Assembly: GCF_006345805.1 (NCBI RefSeq) | Contig: NC_043003.1 | Location: forward strand, 49,972,001 to 50,036,000 | From: Octopus sinensis | Lineage: Eukaryota | Direction of reading: 5' to 3' | Length of the DNA stretch: 64,000 nucleotides | Made by a program: the position numbers and the translations under genes | In this document: piece after piece, positions 50,915-64,000 of the stretch | Layout: each line of letters starts with the position of its first letter | Numbering within the stretch: position 1 is the stretch's first letter | The notes under the pieces: model-generated | The model's input: only the letters and a program-made list of their open reading frames with translations | Database searches by the model: none | What the model was told of the DNA's origin: nothing

Positions 50915-51136
50915 CCCTTTAGGATTCAAACTAGCCATATCCGGCCCAGATATACTACCAGTTTCATGCTTAAACTGGCCAAATCCAGTCTCTTACACCT
51001 GCCTTACAATGTCATACTAAAAGCAAACAATCGCATCATTTGAAGTCTGAAAGCTATGAGATAATGCATAATTAATTTTTAAGAAGGTGAATAAATAAGC
51101 ATTACAATTGACAGAATAATCTGAATGCCAAATGGG
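50915..51136. mobile_element. piggyBac-like MITE (about 230 bp), representative copy
   Basis: TTAA|ccctttag...aatgccaaatggg; family ends are ttaaccctttagca and tgctaaagggttaa. Other diverged copies at about 23700-23920, 42415-42602, 37895-38090, 38325-38445 and 13410-13505. Confidence 0.6.
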
Positions 51137-51347
51137 ATTGGTTAGTGGCAGTAGCTGCCATATTTACTCAAGCATAAGTTTGCACCATTTTTATACTTGA
51201 TTTTTTAATGAAAAAGTTGGGGCACTGAAATTATAAAGGGAAGGAAAATTTTGCATCAAACCTCAATACCAAATTGGAGTGTTGGTGGTGCAGCTTAAGA
51301 GCACGTACAGTAAATATTACTATAAACTGTAAGCATATTGGCTCATA

Positions 51348-51420
51348 GTTGAAAGAGCTGTTGTGAGGGAATTGAAAGAGCTGCTGTGTGAGAGTTGAAA
51401 GAGCTGATTTGTGAGAGGGG
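51348..51420. repeat. Short minisatellite (3 x about 22 bp)
   Basis: ttgaaagagctg...tgtgag occurs three times in tandem. Confidence 0.8.
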
Positions 51421-51894
51421 TAGAGAGATATATAGCATCAGCCCAAAGATCCTTGTTGAATACTGAATTTGTCTTTGAAACTACTACTAATAGAAATTCC
51501 TACAGTTCGATGTAGTTAGGGTCACATCTATATAGACATATGTATACACACACACACACACACATTTTATATACAGTCATGGCCCAGCGGTTAAGAACTT
51601 CACTTGTAAATTAAGTGGTTTAGGCTTCAGTCATACAGTGTGGCACTTTATGGCACCTTGGGAAATGTCCACTACAATAACCCAGGCCAAAGCATGTGCA
51701 ATGATCTTGTCACTTTTATCAACAAATTGCCAGCTTACTTCACCCCTTCAAGAAGCCTGACAAGAGATCCTTTGCTTGAAATCAGATTAGAGTTAGTGAA
51801 AACGAAGGGCATCCATATGTAAAATACTTTCTCAATAATATACTCATCAAACCCAAGACTGCATGGAAAAACGGACATAAAAATAAACATATAG

Positions 51895-52265
51895 GTACAG
51901 GAGTGGCTGTGTGGTAAGAAGCTTGGTTCCCAACCATGTTCAATCCCACTGTGCGACACCTTGGGCAAGTGTCTTCTACTATAGCTTTGGGCCAACCAAA
52001 GCCTTGTAAGTGGATTTGGTAGACAGAAACTGAAACCCGTTGTGTATATATGTATATATATCTAGGTATGTGTCTGTGTTTGTGCCCCTAACACCACTTG
52101 ACAACTGGTGTTTGTGTGTTTATGTCCCTGTAACTTAGCAGTTCACCAAAAGAGACTGATAGAGCAAGTACCAGGCTTAAAAAATAAGTACTGGGGTCAA
52201 TTCATTTGACTAAAACTTCAGGGTGGTGCCCCAACAGTGCACCTGAAACAGGTAAAAGATAAAAG
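51895..52265 (+). mobile_element. SINE family A, CpG-depleted
   Basis: Complete copy; a reverse-oriented copy lies at 52865-53147. Confidence 0.85.
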
Positions 52266-54237
52266 ATATGAAAATACATGCACACACGCACTATACAGAT
52301 AATATACATATATGCAAAATATACATATATGTATATATAGATACACACAAACACATATGCACATACATGACAAGACTGATGCACATTCAGTTTTCTGACT
52401 AATTACAAAAGCAATACTAACTGGATTGTAATAAGTAAATAGTAATAATCATCATTTAGTAATTAAGCAAAACTGTATATTTAAAACATGTAGTCATAGA
52501 GGTAGAGGTAGTTTGTTTTTTTTTACTACCTGGCCAGTCTTGATAAAACCTCATTATAAGCAGATATATTTTAGCCATAATCACTCAGTGTTTTCACTTC
52601 ACAAATAATTTATCAACTGAGCTCTTTTATTAATGGCTGGATGTTTTGGCCTCATGACTGGTATGAACTGATTAGATTTTGGGAACGATCCAGTGCTGGA
52701 CAAGGATTCTGCATTATTTTTCCTGTTTTTTTGTTTTTTTTAAACTTAGTTTTTGTGAGCAATAGGGTTCATTTTTAGTATTCTTGTTTGTGAGAGCAGT
52801 CGAATTTATTTCAGATATTCTCATTTTAAAAATCATCTCCGGCTAATCGTTCAGAGAACGTTAGTGCTACCCAGCATCTGTTGTCAGGCAATGTTGGGAG
52901 AGGGGGGGGGGCAAACACAGACACACAAACATATACACACACACATACATACATACATACATATATATGTATATACATATATATGCTGGGCTTCTTTCAG
53001 TTTCCGTCTACCAAATCCACTCACAAGGCTTTGGTTGGCCCGAGGTTATAGTAGAAGACACTTGCTCAAGGTGCCACGCAGTGGGACTGAACCCGGAACC
53101 ATGTGGTTTGTAAGCAAGCTACTTACCACACAGCCACTCCTACGCCTAATTTTCATTGGACTCGAAAGAGTTCAATGAAATTAAGTACCAGTTGAGCGCT
53201 GGGGTTCATGTAACTGACTTACCCACTCTTCTGAAATTGCCAACTTAGTGCTAAAATTATTAATATTATTAAAGTGGTGACTTGGCAGAATCGGTAGCAC
53301 GCTGGACAAAATGCTTAGTGATATTTTGCCCATAAATACCACCGAGGTCGGCTTTACCTGTTGTCCTTTTGGGGTCGATAAAATAAGTACCAGTTGAACA
53401 CTGGAGCCGATGTAATTGACTCATCCTACCCTACAAAATTGCTGCCCCTGTGGCAAAATTTGAAACCACTATTATTATTATAATTATTGTTGTGAGGGTG
53501 CATTAGCTCAGTGGTTAAGGCGCTGCACTTGCAATCGCTAGATCGTGATTTCAATTCCTAGCCCAGGTGGTGTGCTGTGCTCTCGAGCAAAACACTTCAA
53601 CACCTGTTGCATGGTATACACAGTGCACCTGTGTATACCAACGTTGATTTGATGGAGGTAGAGTGAGCTAATCTACTGCACAAACACTTGATCACTATAA
53701 GCAAATCATTTGTGCAGATCGTTCAGCAAAAAGTTAAAAACTCATCTGTCATCTTCGATAGGGGAGTCTATCATTATTATTAACAGTAGCTTATTTAGAG
53801 TCAAATGCGGCTGTTATTTCTAGCAAGTCATACAGAAGCTCCCCTGACAACTTGCCTGTATTAGACAATGTATGCATGTACATCTCTGCTTGTCTGCAGA
53901 ATTTAAGCATGCATATTTTCAATAGGGTTAGCCATTGCGCCTTGGCGATGTTGAGGCACTTACCACCACAATACCACAAAAAACACTGTTGTTTATACAC
54001 AGTCTGATTGATGATCAGTAACATGAAATTGGAATAATCAAATGTAAGTAACTAGATGCTACAAGTGTGTGTGTGTGTGTGTGTGTGTAGTGTGGTGTAT
54101 GTGTGTGCAAGTTGTATAGATTAGTTGAGTTTGCAGCAATGTGGTTTTAGGATCTAACATTGAGCACCATGTTTGGAAAGTGGTTTCCTGTTGGCCAATG
54201 CTTTGGATGTCCAGTTTGGAAGATAAAAACTGGACAG

Positions 54238-54273
<36 letters not shown>

Positions 54274-54601
54274 CAGATACATATAATGTATAGAATATAC
54301 AGATTGTAAATATGGACATGTATGTGTGCATATATACATATACACACACATACTTGTTAAGATTATATATATATATATATATTATATACATGTGAAATGT
54401 TAACATTTGTATATTATATATAAAGATTATATAGGTGTGGCTGTGTGGCAAGAAGCTTGCTTCCCAACCACATGATTCTGGGTTCAGTCTCACTGCATGG
54501 CACCTTGTACAACTGTCTTCTATAGCCTCAGGCCAACCAAAGCCTCGTGAGTGGATTTGGTAGACGGAAACTGAAAGAAGCCTTCTTTGTGTGTCTGTGT
54601 A

Positions 54602-54635
<34 letters not shown>

Positions 54636-54863
54636 TATGCTTTTATTATTTTGCAATTTACTTAATCATTAGCATATTAATGTTATTTTATTTTTTCTAT
54701 TATATGTAATTTTCTAGATGGTGTAATTTAATTGTTCATTTTGAATTGATAAAAGGTGTTTTTTTTCTAATTTATATATATTTATATATATAGTGAAATT
54801 TGATTTAGTATTTCTAAATTGAATTTTTCCCTGCAAGTTAGGAATGATATTCCCTCAAATAAT

Positions 54864-54905
<42 letters not shown>

Positions 54906-55984
54906 GCACACACACTTATATCACACATACAAACATGGCAATTAAGATAATTTGCTTCACAAATGTTACTTCAGATTCAAAATACTGCTTGTATTTTGAG
55001 CAAGCCTTGGGCTAAACAACTCTTTGTGAGAATTTGCTCGACATAAAAGTGGAAGTGAAAGGCCCATGTGTTTGTGTATTTGAGTGTTTATATCACTGAT
55101 GAACAGAAAGATTGCTAAGATAAGTTTCCAGACTTTAAAATGTAGCCAACTAAAATCTCTCCAGCTGATTCTGCAGCCTGGCTTTAGTCCAACGACTTCA
55201 AAAAGTAAAAGACTACGCATGTAAATACACACACACACACACACAGTAAAACAGAATCCAAAGAGACTGGTGATGGGTCTGTGTTGGCAAACTTCTATAT
55301 TTTAGTAAAAATCGACAAAAAGTATAGTGAACTTCCTGATATATATATATATGTGTGTTTGTGTATATTTATATACACACACACACAGAAATACACATGC
55401 GTGTGTATAGTCTATTGACCGTTATAGGTAGGATCAACAAAAGAATGTACTTTATCTAGTGGAGATAAATATCATTTAATATACACAGTTTTTAAATGTG
55501 CTAATAACAGTTTCATGCAATGGAAAAAATGCAACATAGACCCATGATTATATAAATTTTATATATATGTAGATAAATAGTAGACAGCTGTATTGCACAA
55601 AAGAAAAATTATGAAGAGTAAGGGACCTAACACAGGTTGTAAAGAGTACGACATTGCTGTCTTGAAATCACCATTCTTTGTAACGACACAAGGCATGATA
55701 TATAAATCATGTCCAGTTATATCCGCGACATGAAGCTATTACTAGCTCATGTCTAAATACTATGTGTAGATATAAACATATATAGAACAAGACATGGATT
55801 CAGAAAATTGTGTGACTATCACAGAGTGCTCTTCCAAGGGACTCCGCTAACAGACCACATAGTTATTCAGTACAGAGAAGCATAATAGCAAGCACCCATG
55901 AAGCTCAATCAAATCCAAAAGACCCTATCAATGAAATCAATTCATACCTCCTACTTTAGGTTTATATATATATATATATTCTGT

Positions 55985-56378
55985 TATTCTTTTACTTGTT
56001 TCAGTTATTTGACTGTGGCCATGCTGGAGCACCGCCTTTAGTCGAGCAAATTGACTCCAGGACTTATTCTTTGTAAGCCTAGTACTTATTGTATTGGTTT
56101 ACTTTGCTGAATCGCTAAGTTACAAGGACTTAAACACACCAGCATTGGTGTCAAGTGATGCTGGTGGGGGGACAAACAAACATACGCACACACACACATA
56201 CATATATACATACACGACAGGCTTCTTTCAGTTTCCATCTACCAAATCCACTCGCAAGGCTTTGGTCGGCCCGAGGCTATAGTAGAAGTCACTCACCCAA
56301 GGTGCCACGCAGTGGGACTGAACTCAGAACCATGTGGTTGATAAGCAAGCTACTTATCACACAGCAGCTCCAGCACCT
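55985..56378 (-). mobile_element. SINE family A
   Basis: Complete copy in reverse orientation. Confidence 0.9.
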
Positions 56379-56449
56379 AGATAAAATTATTAATAATAAA
56401 GAGTATGGAGACTTGTTCAGCCACAAAATTTATTTTATAGTTATATACA

Positions 56450-56800
56450 ACATATCATAATGGCCTACACATGTTTCCGCAGCAGCAACTACTCACCATT
56501 GCAAATGCAACCTTGTATTACTGTCAGTGCAGCTTCATCAGGGTCCATTCATTTGCTCATCCTTGAAGAGAACTATAAATACTGAAACAAGTATAATAAT
56601 ATATACTCCAGACCATTTTTACTGTCCTGCCAGTGAAGCATACATAGAATTACCCAATGGAAGAATTCACAGAGTCACCAACAACATATTGTAGTCGGAG
56701 ATGTTAAATACTGATCATTATGGTTAGCTGTTAACCGGAACTTAGCCGAGAGCTAATACAGTATCCACCCAGATAATATATCCTTCCAAAATTCACTCTG
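56450..56800 (-). mobile_element. Highly decayed RTE-like LINE remnant
   Basis: Minus frames give NF..IYYLGGYCISSR and IYYYTCFSIYSSLQG*ANEWTLMKLH, resembling RTE F.YLG..IS and IY...V...LLYG.E.WTL motifs. All frames contain stops. Confidence 0.35.
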
Positions 56801-57478
56801 CACTGAAGATGAGAAATAACTAAGTAAATATAACTTTACTTTAATCTTGAAATGCGCATGTAGCTAATCTGAGTCAAGTGGATTCGTTATTTTTTTCTTT
56901 TTGCCTATGTAAAAAAGTGTGTTACTGTCTGGGAGACCTTTATGGTAGTTAGAAAAGGTATTTAGTTCCTATTTCTAAATTCAGTGCATGGCGAAGCAAT
57001 TAGCTGACCTCTGATTATAATTATAGAATATTTACACATTATATATATATATATAATGACCAAGTGGTTAAAAAGTTTGTGAAACAGCCATGCCAAGTCT
57101 TAAGTATAGTCCCACTGCATGGCATGTTCGGTAAAGTGCACGTTGCTACAGCTTGGGCTGGCTAAAATTTTGAAAGCAAAGCAAACTGAAGTAGATAGTC
57201 AGGTAGGCTGTGCCTTTAATGTTAAAGTCCATCCTATCACGCTGGTATCATGATAATTCTGTATGGGAGTAATAATGTTTAAGAGGATACAAGTGTCTGT
57301 GGAATATGCAGCCACTTTGTATGCTAAATCAATGAGCTGGTCGTTGGATTGAATAAAAACTTGCGATGCATAGTTTGGGGAGCAAAGAGAAAAACAACAT
57401 TTACGCCAACATATACACACACACATACAAACACTGAGAATGTATACATATGTATACACACATAAGAGAGATAGCAAG

Positions 57479-57509
<31 letters not shown>

Positions 57510-59934
57510 GAGGATATATGTACACATGCAAGCACATACACACACGGTTATATAAATTTAATGTGTATAGAGCACCTAATACAGGTTGTTGAGAAGAATA
57601 TGATATTTTGAAACGACCTGTTTTTAAACCAGACACCAGAATATCTAGAATTTTTTCCTAAATGGAGAAGAAAAGTTTGAAAAGAAGCTGCAATTTAAAA
57701 GATAAAAAGATCCAGCAAGTTGGTTTCCATTGCATTGGTTGACTAACAGTGGTAAAGAATTCAGCCACAGTGTGGCACCTTGGGCAAATGTCTGGCTATA
57801 GCCTAGGGTTAACTGAAGCCTTGTGATTGAATTTGGTAGGTGAGAGTTAACGTCGCGTGTACATGTGTGTGCAAATGCTTGTGCCTCCTAACCTGGGCGT
57901 AAATGGATTATTTATGAGGTTTTGATGAGTTTACAGTCTTAACAGCCAACTTGTTGAATCTTAAATGAAGTGGTTGTGTATTCCTTAGATCCCCGTAGCC
58001 TTGTAACATATCTTCAAGAAATATACTACAGTTTGTGACAAGGTTGCATCCAAATTTCACACATGTACAATCCATCTAATGGGCTTTTTTGCACCGTGTA
58101 TCTACCTTATATCGCAACTGGAAACCATAAACCAAGGTTAAGAAAAAAAGACAAAAAAAAAACTATCATGGTACTCAAAGTGAAATTCTCAAAACAGCTG
58201 GCCATATACACAGACATCAAGTCATCAATTAGCAAGAAATAGCAGTTAAAATGACCTCCTCAAATCACACCTTTGTCTGTCTATAAATGGTAAAAAAGTC
58301 ATTAGATTAGATAAGAGTCTCAGAATCTTTATAACAGTATTTCCCAACCATTTATTGTCTATGGGCATCTTTGATTTTATTCTGCTGGACCACAATAATC
58401 ATTTACTGTGCACAAAATCATCTAGCTGTATCTCTATAATCAAATATTAATAGGAATTGTAAGAAAAATTTAAATACTTTGTGTTATTCTTGTATTTGGT
58501 TTAGTCATTTGACTGCGGCCATGCTAGAGTACCACCTTGAAGGGATTTAGTCAAATTGATCTTGGGACTAATTTTTTGAAAGCCCTAATACTTTTCTATT
58601 GATCTCTTTTGCTGAACCACAAAATCACAAAAACAAAAACACACCAACACCAGGTTGTCAAAGTAACTGGGGAACAGACAGACACAAAGACATATATATA
58701 TATATATATCATCATCATTTAGCGTCCGTTCTCCATGCTAGCATGGGTTGGACGGTTCAACTGGGGTCTGTGAAGCTGGAAGGCTTCATCAGGCCCAGTC
58801 AGATCTGGCAGTTTCTATGGCTGGATGCCCTTCCTAACACCAACCACTCCGTGAGTGTAGTGGGTGCTTTTTACGTGCCACCCGCACAGGAGCCAGACAG
58901 AGCTGGCAAACAGCCACGAATGGATGGTGCTTGATGGGCTTCTCATCTACCAAATCCACTCACGGGGCTTCCCAACCATGTGGTTGGGAAGCAAACTTCT
59001 TACCACACAGCCAGGCCTGTAGAAGTATATAACCAATTTCATGTCCATAAATTTTAACAAAATCTTCTATGGACCCCCAAAGGTTATATGGACCCTAGTT
59101 GTGAACCAATGCTTTATAGGATATAAACCAGGGATGTGCAACTTTTCAACTGAGGGCCGCATCGTACCATTTCCAAGTGGGAGACAACTGCATGATAAAA
59201 CACATACCCATGAAATATTACCTGCCCACTTTACACTCAATTTTTCGCAGTTCTTAATTTTCTTTGTCTTAGTATGAAATTAGTAACTTGTTGAGGGCTG
59301 CAGCACGACAACCACCATGGTATCTAAACCAACTCGGTATCTGACTGCTATTTTAGCTATTTTATTTCATATAAACCCAAATAATTAATTAAAAATAAAT
59401 AAATTGAAAGGCAAAGTCGAATCAGTTTGGTTTGAACTTGGGATTGACAGGACCATGATTCAATATCATAAAATATTTTACATGAAACTGCTGAATTAAT
59501 CAGAGTTGAGCCAAGGCTAAATGACAACATGGTTCAGATTTTTATCAGATTTTTATATTGCATATTGCAATTCGGTTAGAAAATTTATTTGAACCATAAA
59601 CCTCCCCACAACTAATTTTAAGATGTGACTAAAAGTACCAAATTTATATATTAGTATTATCTTACACTCTTGTCTGCTTCTTGAGTTCAGATATTATGCA
59701 GAAGGCATTTGATAGTTATTATAAGTATTAGACCTAGTTAGCTGCTTAGTACTCATGTTTACTTCACAGATCTGCTGAGTTCTATCTTGTCATGTGCAAG
59801 TGTTGTACGCCAAAAAATCAGGTTAACCAATACCTCGTTAGAAGAAATTAGCAGATGTACAGCGTTGAAAAACTCGCTCGGGTATATATGTACTTGTGGT
59901 ATGTATATATGAAAATTTTGTGTAAATATATATG

Positions 59935-60275
59935 TGCAGGAGTGGCTGTGTGGTAAGTGTCTTACTTACCAGCCACATGGTTCCGGGTTCAGTCCTACTG
60001 CATGGCACCTAGGGCAAGTGTTTTCTACTATAACCTCAGGCTGACCAAAGCCTTGTGAGTGGATTTGGTAGATGGAAACTGAAAGAAGCTCATCATATAT
60101 ATATGTGTCTGTTTTTGTGTGTGTATTTGTCCCCCCAACATCACTTGACAACCAGCAAAAGGAACTGATAGAATAAGTACTAGGCTTACAAAGAATAAGT
60201 CCTGGGGTCGATTTGCTCGACTAAAGGTGGTGCTCCAGCATGGCCACAGTCAAATGGCTGAAACAAGTAAAAGAA
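59935..60275 (+). mobile_element. SINE family A
   Basis: Complete copy with one internal deletion. Confidence 0.9.
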
Positions 60276-62148
60276 TATATATATATGTGTTCTGTTGTTG
60301 CCAAAAGCTTGGCACATAGGTCTCAAAATTAGAATTTTTATATTAAATGTCCAAAGTTATATTTAATTTGCAATATATTATTACCTGGTCAAAAATTTGG
60401 AGCAGGTTTGAAAATTAGAGTTTTTATATTGGAATGCTCAGAGCATATATTGGGCATGACAATTTCAATTTTTAAAAAAAATGTTCCGAACTTTTGGCCA
60501 CAGTTATGTATATGAGGGAGTGGTGTATACAAGAATGTGTATATGTGTGTGTTAAGGCGAACTAATTTTCAATGATGCTGCGAGAGACTTTGACATGTAA
60601 ACAAATAAACAATATTTATTATCTTTATCAAAAGGAAAAAGAAAAACCTTAAATAAGGAACTTACTTGACTTGGCAGCTGCTGATATTAAATGCTATATC
60701 ATTCTGGTTGTGATAACAGGTTTTAGAATGTTATGCATATAACAACCTAAACTATTGAAATTGTTAATCAAAAGTATCCTATGTTGCACTTTTAAAGAAA
60801 CTTAACTTATAGAATCGTTGACATAACCAGAACTTATTTAACATAATGAAACAATGTTATGAAAATCATATAAAATTAGGCATCGAAAGAAATAGCAATT
60901 CTTTCAAATTTTGCCACAAGGTCAAGAGGGGAAAAGGCTAAAGTCGATAACACACTCCAGTACTTGACTGGTACTTTATCGACCCAAAAGGATTATTATA
61001 GTTGTTATTATTAATAATAGTTATAAATGTAGAATTCTTCACAATGTTCCCGGGGGCCATCATAAGTAGCATTTACAGGCTGCTGAGCAAAGCAATGAAC
61101 GGAAAGCCTGTAGTGTTTATTTGACGAAAGACGAGCCCCTCGGACCGTACCCACCTCACCACAGAATCACTGACCAGTGAAGCCATACCTTCTTAAGACA
61201 ACGCCGAGTGTTATTACACTCGAAATAATTTGTTCACTCTTAACGATCGAATGCCTCAAACGTTTTTAAGACCGTGATATAAATATATCCACTGAAAACA
61301 AATATTTGAGTCTTAAATTTTGTTTTTGTTCCCTCGACTAAGCTCGCTCGCTCTTCCACAAACAGTTCAAGCAAGTAAAGACAAAACTCTTTACTATTAA
61401 ACATGTGTAAAAAATTACCGTTATTTTTGCTTTTTCACGTTATGGTAGCGATTCATATTATATTACATTGTAAGTATGTGTGTGTAGAATTTTGTGTAAG
61501 GGTAATTTTTACACTTATTTTCACATTAAATAAGCACAGAACCTATAATAACCAGCTTTTTAGCACAATAAAATTTATGGCAAATCTATAGAATAACACC
61601 CATCTCAATTACAGAGAGAAGCAATTCTTCATCGATTGTTGTGTTTGCCATCAACTAATCTGACCTCCGAACATGCCCCAAATGACTTTTTTTTTAATCC
61701 CCGAAAACGAACATAGATGGTAAAACTCCGAGGTTCGTCACTCTACTGCCTCCGTTTCCGGAAGAATGGGTGACAAAAATAATTTGCTGCAAGTCTGGAT
61801 ATTGGATTAGTTGATAGTAAGCCCACAAAATGAGGAGCAGGTATTTCCCACTGAAATCGAAACTGGTTGTTTAATCTATAAATTCACCATCTTTCGAAAA
61901 GTGTCGTAAAATACTAATACTCGCTTTCCCTTAGATGATGTCTGTCATTTAAAGAGTCTATCATAGTTTTGAATTACAAAATTACGAATACCACATTTTT
62001 TTTAATACTCAGGCATTAGGTAAGAGTTTTTCTCAAGTTATAATTCATTTAAAAAAATTTACAGCGCACATCGCTTTCAGAACCACCATATTGGCGAGTC
62101 AACGATATCATAGCTTGAAGACCATATAATCGTGTCAAATATCTTGAA

Positions 62149-62245
62149 ACACGCACGTACACACACACACACACACACATCATTGATTATTAGCGACACG
62201 CACGTACACACACACACACACACACATCATTGATTATTAGCGACA
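62149..62245. repeat. Tandem duplication (2 x about 48 bp) around a (CA)n tract
   Basis: acacgcacgtac(ac)n atcattgattattagcgac occurs twice. Confidence 0.9.
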
Positions 62246-64000
62246 GGAACAGTATTAATTGAATAAAAGGCAATCTTTATATCCAACTTATAGATGTCTT
62301 GACAGAATACTGTATAAAGCATTATTTGCCAAAAAAGATTATGTAGGCGCTTGTTGCATAAAAGTCACACACGTGGATCTTTCAAGGCTAATAACGCAGT
62401 ATTCGGTGTTTAACAACAAATACATTTCTTTAAGTGTATCAGACATTCCGGTTAATGAAAACTTAACCAAGTTTGCACGAAATATAAATCTAAATAACCG
62501 TTTCTAATTTAGGTACAAAGCTAGCATTTTTTGCTTTAGATGATGTTAGTCAATATACTATCGAACTCAACCAATATATTTGATTGGTAATTTATTTAAT
62601 CGAAACCCGGTGGGGGATGAATGGCATAGTTGATCTCAGCGGGATTAGAACGCGGAGCATAAGCAATCTAAACAAATAAAAAAAAAAAAAAATTGAAAAT
62701 GATCCTAGTTTCAATACAAAGTTGAAAATGGCCGTTGCCATTCTTTTATCAAACAAAAAGGGGGGGGGGGGCGGAGTATATGCAATTACCACTCAACAAC
62801 CTGTTATAAACTAAACCACCCCCCTAATCATTCCGTTTCTGTCTGTCTGTCTGGTCTTCAATTTTATTTTTTTAAAAAGTTCCACCAGAAACTGGAAGTA
62901 AAAAAGAACTAACTCTACAATATAATTTATTCCTAAGTTAAAACCCGGTCGGATCAACTAATGGATTAAATATATTCCAGCCATACCTGTTTCGTCTACA
63001 TGTTTCGAGTTTTTTTCTTCTTTTATTTACAATAAATAAAGTATTGTTAGAGGATAATTTAGTAATTAGCTACTATTTCTAGCAGTTGAGCGAGCACAGA
63101 GAGGTCTCATTATAAACTTACACAGTCGGTTCACTTACTTATAAAGTGAAGTAAGCTAGCATACAAATTTAATAATTTATAAACAAAACTTAACTGAAAA
63201 GTAATCAAAATTTAAAAAAAAGATAACAATACATAATACATATAAGATTATAAAATCTGATAAAATTAATGAAGGTGTTCAAAGACTGGCTAATTATAAT
63301 GAGATGATTGATCTTGTGAGAAAGCAAGCAGGATCGGTGGCTGATCGGTTTCTCAAGAGTAATGTATTCTTAGAATAATTGCTACTTTTCTATGCTTAGA
63401 AATATATTTAATACTAGTGTATATTTACCTCGCAATAATCCCATCTATAAATTTCGTGACGTTTCTACTTTGTTGCCGAGGTTCAAAAGCCTGTAACATG
63501 TAGAGTTACGCCCCGTACTGTCTATTAATCTTAAAACAAGTCATTGCTTTTACTGTGAACGCAGATTTTTTTCCTAGTTAGTTCTTTAAAGCATTCTGCA
63601 TTGTATAGCTTGACAGTAACTCTTCCCTGCGTTAAATATATTGGCAATAAACTATTCCATTTTCAATGGAGTTGTGTAAAAACGAAGTCCTACAGTTGTA
63701 ATCAGACTAATAAAAACGTCAAGTCAAGTGGTTCTAAAACTGGAGAATACCAGGCCTTCACGAAAATAAGATTAAGAGAATTTTTAGGCGCTTTTGCTAA
63801 GTCTTCATCAACGAAACGATAGAATATTGGGTGGTTTTGGAATAGCAAGAGAAGAGCACAGAACTGAGTGAATTTTTCGTTTCTATTTTAATAGAGTCTG
63901 TTTCATAAATCAGGAATTACGATTCTGAGAGAGGTTTTTTTGCTTTTCAATACGGTTTTTTTTTTTACCTCCAAATCCCGCTTTTCAATCCCCAAATGGT

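Noticed and set aside
56497-56581. Exon-like segment with a strong minus-strand donor ATG|gtgagt
   Set aside because: It lies within what looks like a decayed RTE remnant, and splicing it to 33929 gives an immediate stop for its ATG frame. UTR exonisation is not excluded.
2508-57636. Many ORFs rich in HT, CV, YI or IY dipeptides (e.g. 2508-2864, 5322-5892, 44617-44901, 46740-47396, 54059-54493)
   Set aside because: They are translations of (CA)n, (TG)n and (TA)n microsatellites, which lack stop codons.
331-60151. Recurrent peptides such as ASFSFRLPNPLTRLWSARGYSRRHLPKVPRSGTEP and DGLLSVSVYQIHSQGFGRPEAIVEDTCPRCH
   Set aside because: These are antisense frames of SINE family A, with indels and stops differing between copies; not a gene family.

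Overview
Eukaryotic, AT-rich, repeat-dominated DNA. The repeat families and the (TA)n/(CA)n load point to an Octopus-type cephalopod genome (inference from recalled repeat content, not a database hit). I can support one protein-coding gene, on the minus strand: a TNF-receptor-like type I membrane protein. Its exon at 33411-33929 encodes a signal peptide, one six-cysteine TNFR repeat, a stalk and a TM helix. A probable terminal exon (16376-16791) encodes a cytoplasmic tail with no death domain. The two exons are out of phase, so either an exon I could not locate lies between them or the direct splice ends in ...SLV*. The rest of the window is transposable elements and simple repeats: about 40 copies or fragments of one tRNA-headed SINE (family A), about 15 of a second (B), a modular head/tail-swapping SINE group, decayed LINEs (RTE/BovB, CR1, HERO-like), non-autonomous Helitrons, hAT-, piggyBac- and Merlin-like MITEs, and microsatellites. 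Nearly all ORFs in the supplied track are microsatellite or SINE artefacts. No CRISPR, rRNA or true tRNA gene was seen. The best second-look items are: a near-canonical type I hammerhead ribozyme motif (44982-45035, minus) plus decayed hammerhead-like cores at 2.4-5.3 kb; the splice-phase puzzle of the receptor; TSD-bounded SINEs sharing a tail under different heads; GG-ended MITEs carrying TAACCC tracts; a Helitron that splits a fold-back element; and a CpG-retention pattern that may mark gene bodies and promoters. I do not see a clear-cut new multi-gene system. Family letters (A, B, C1, C2, D, E, G, H, J, K) are my own labels, and repeat boundaries without TSDs are approximate.
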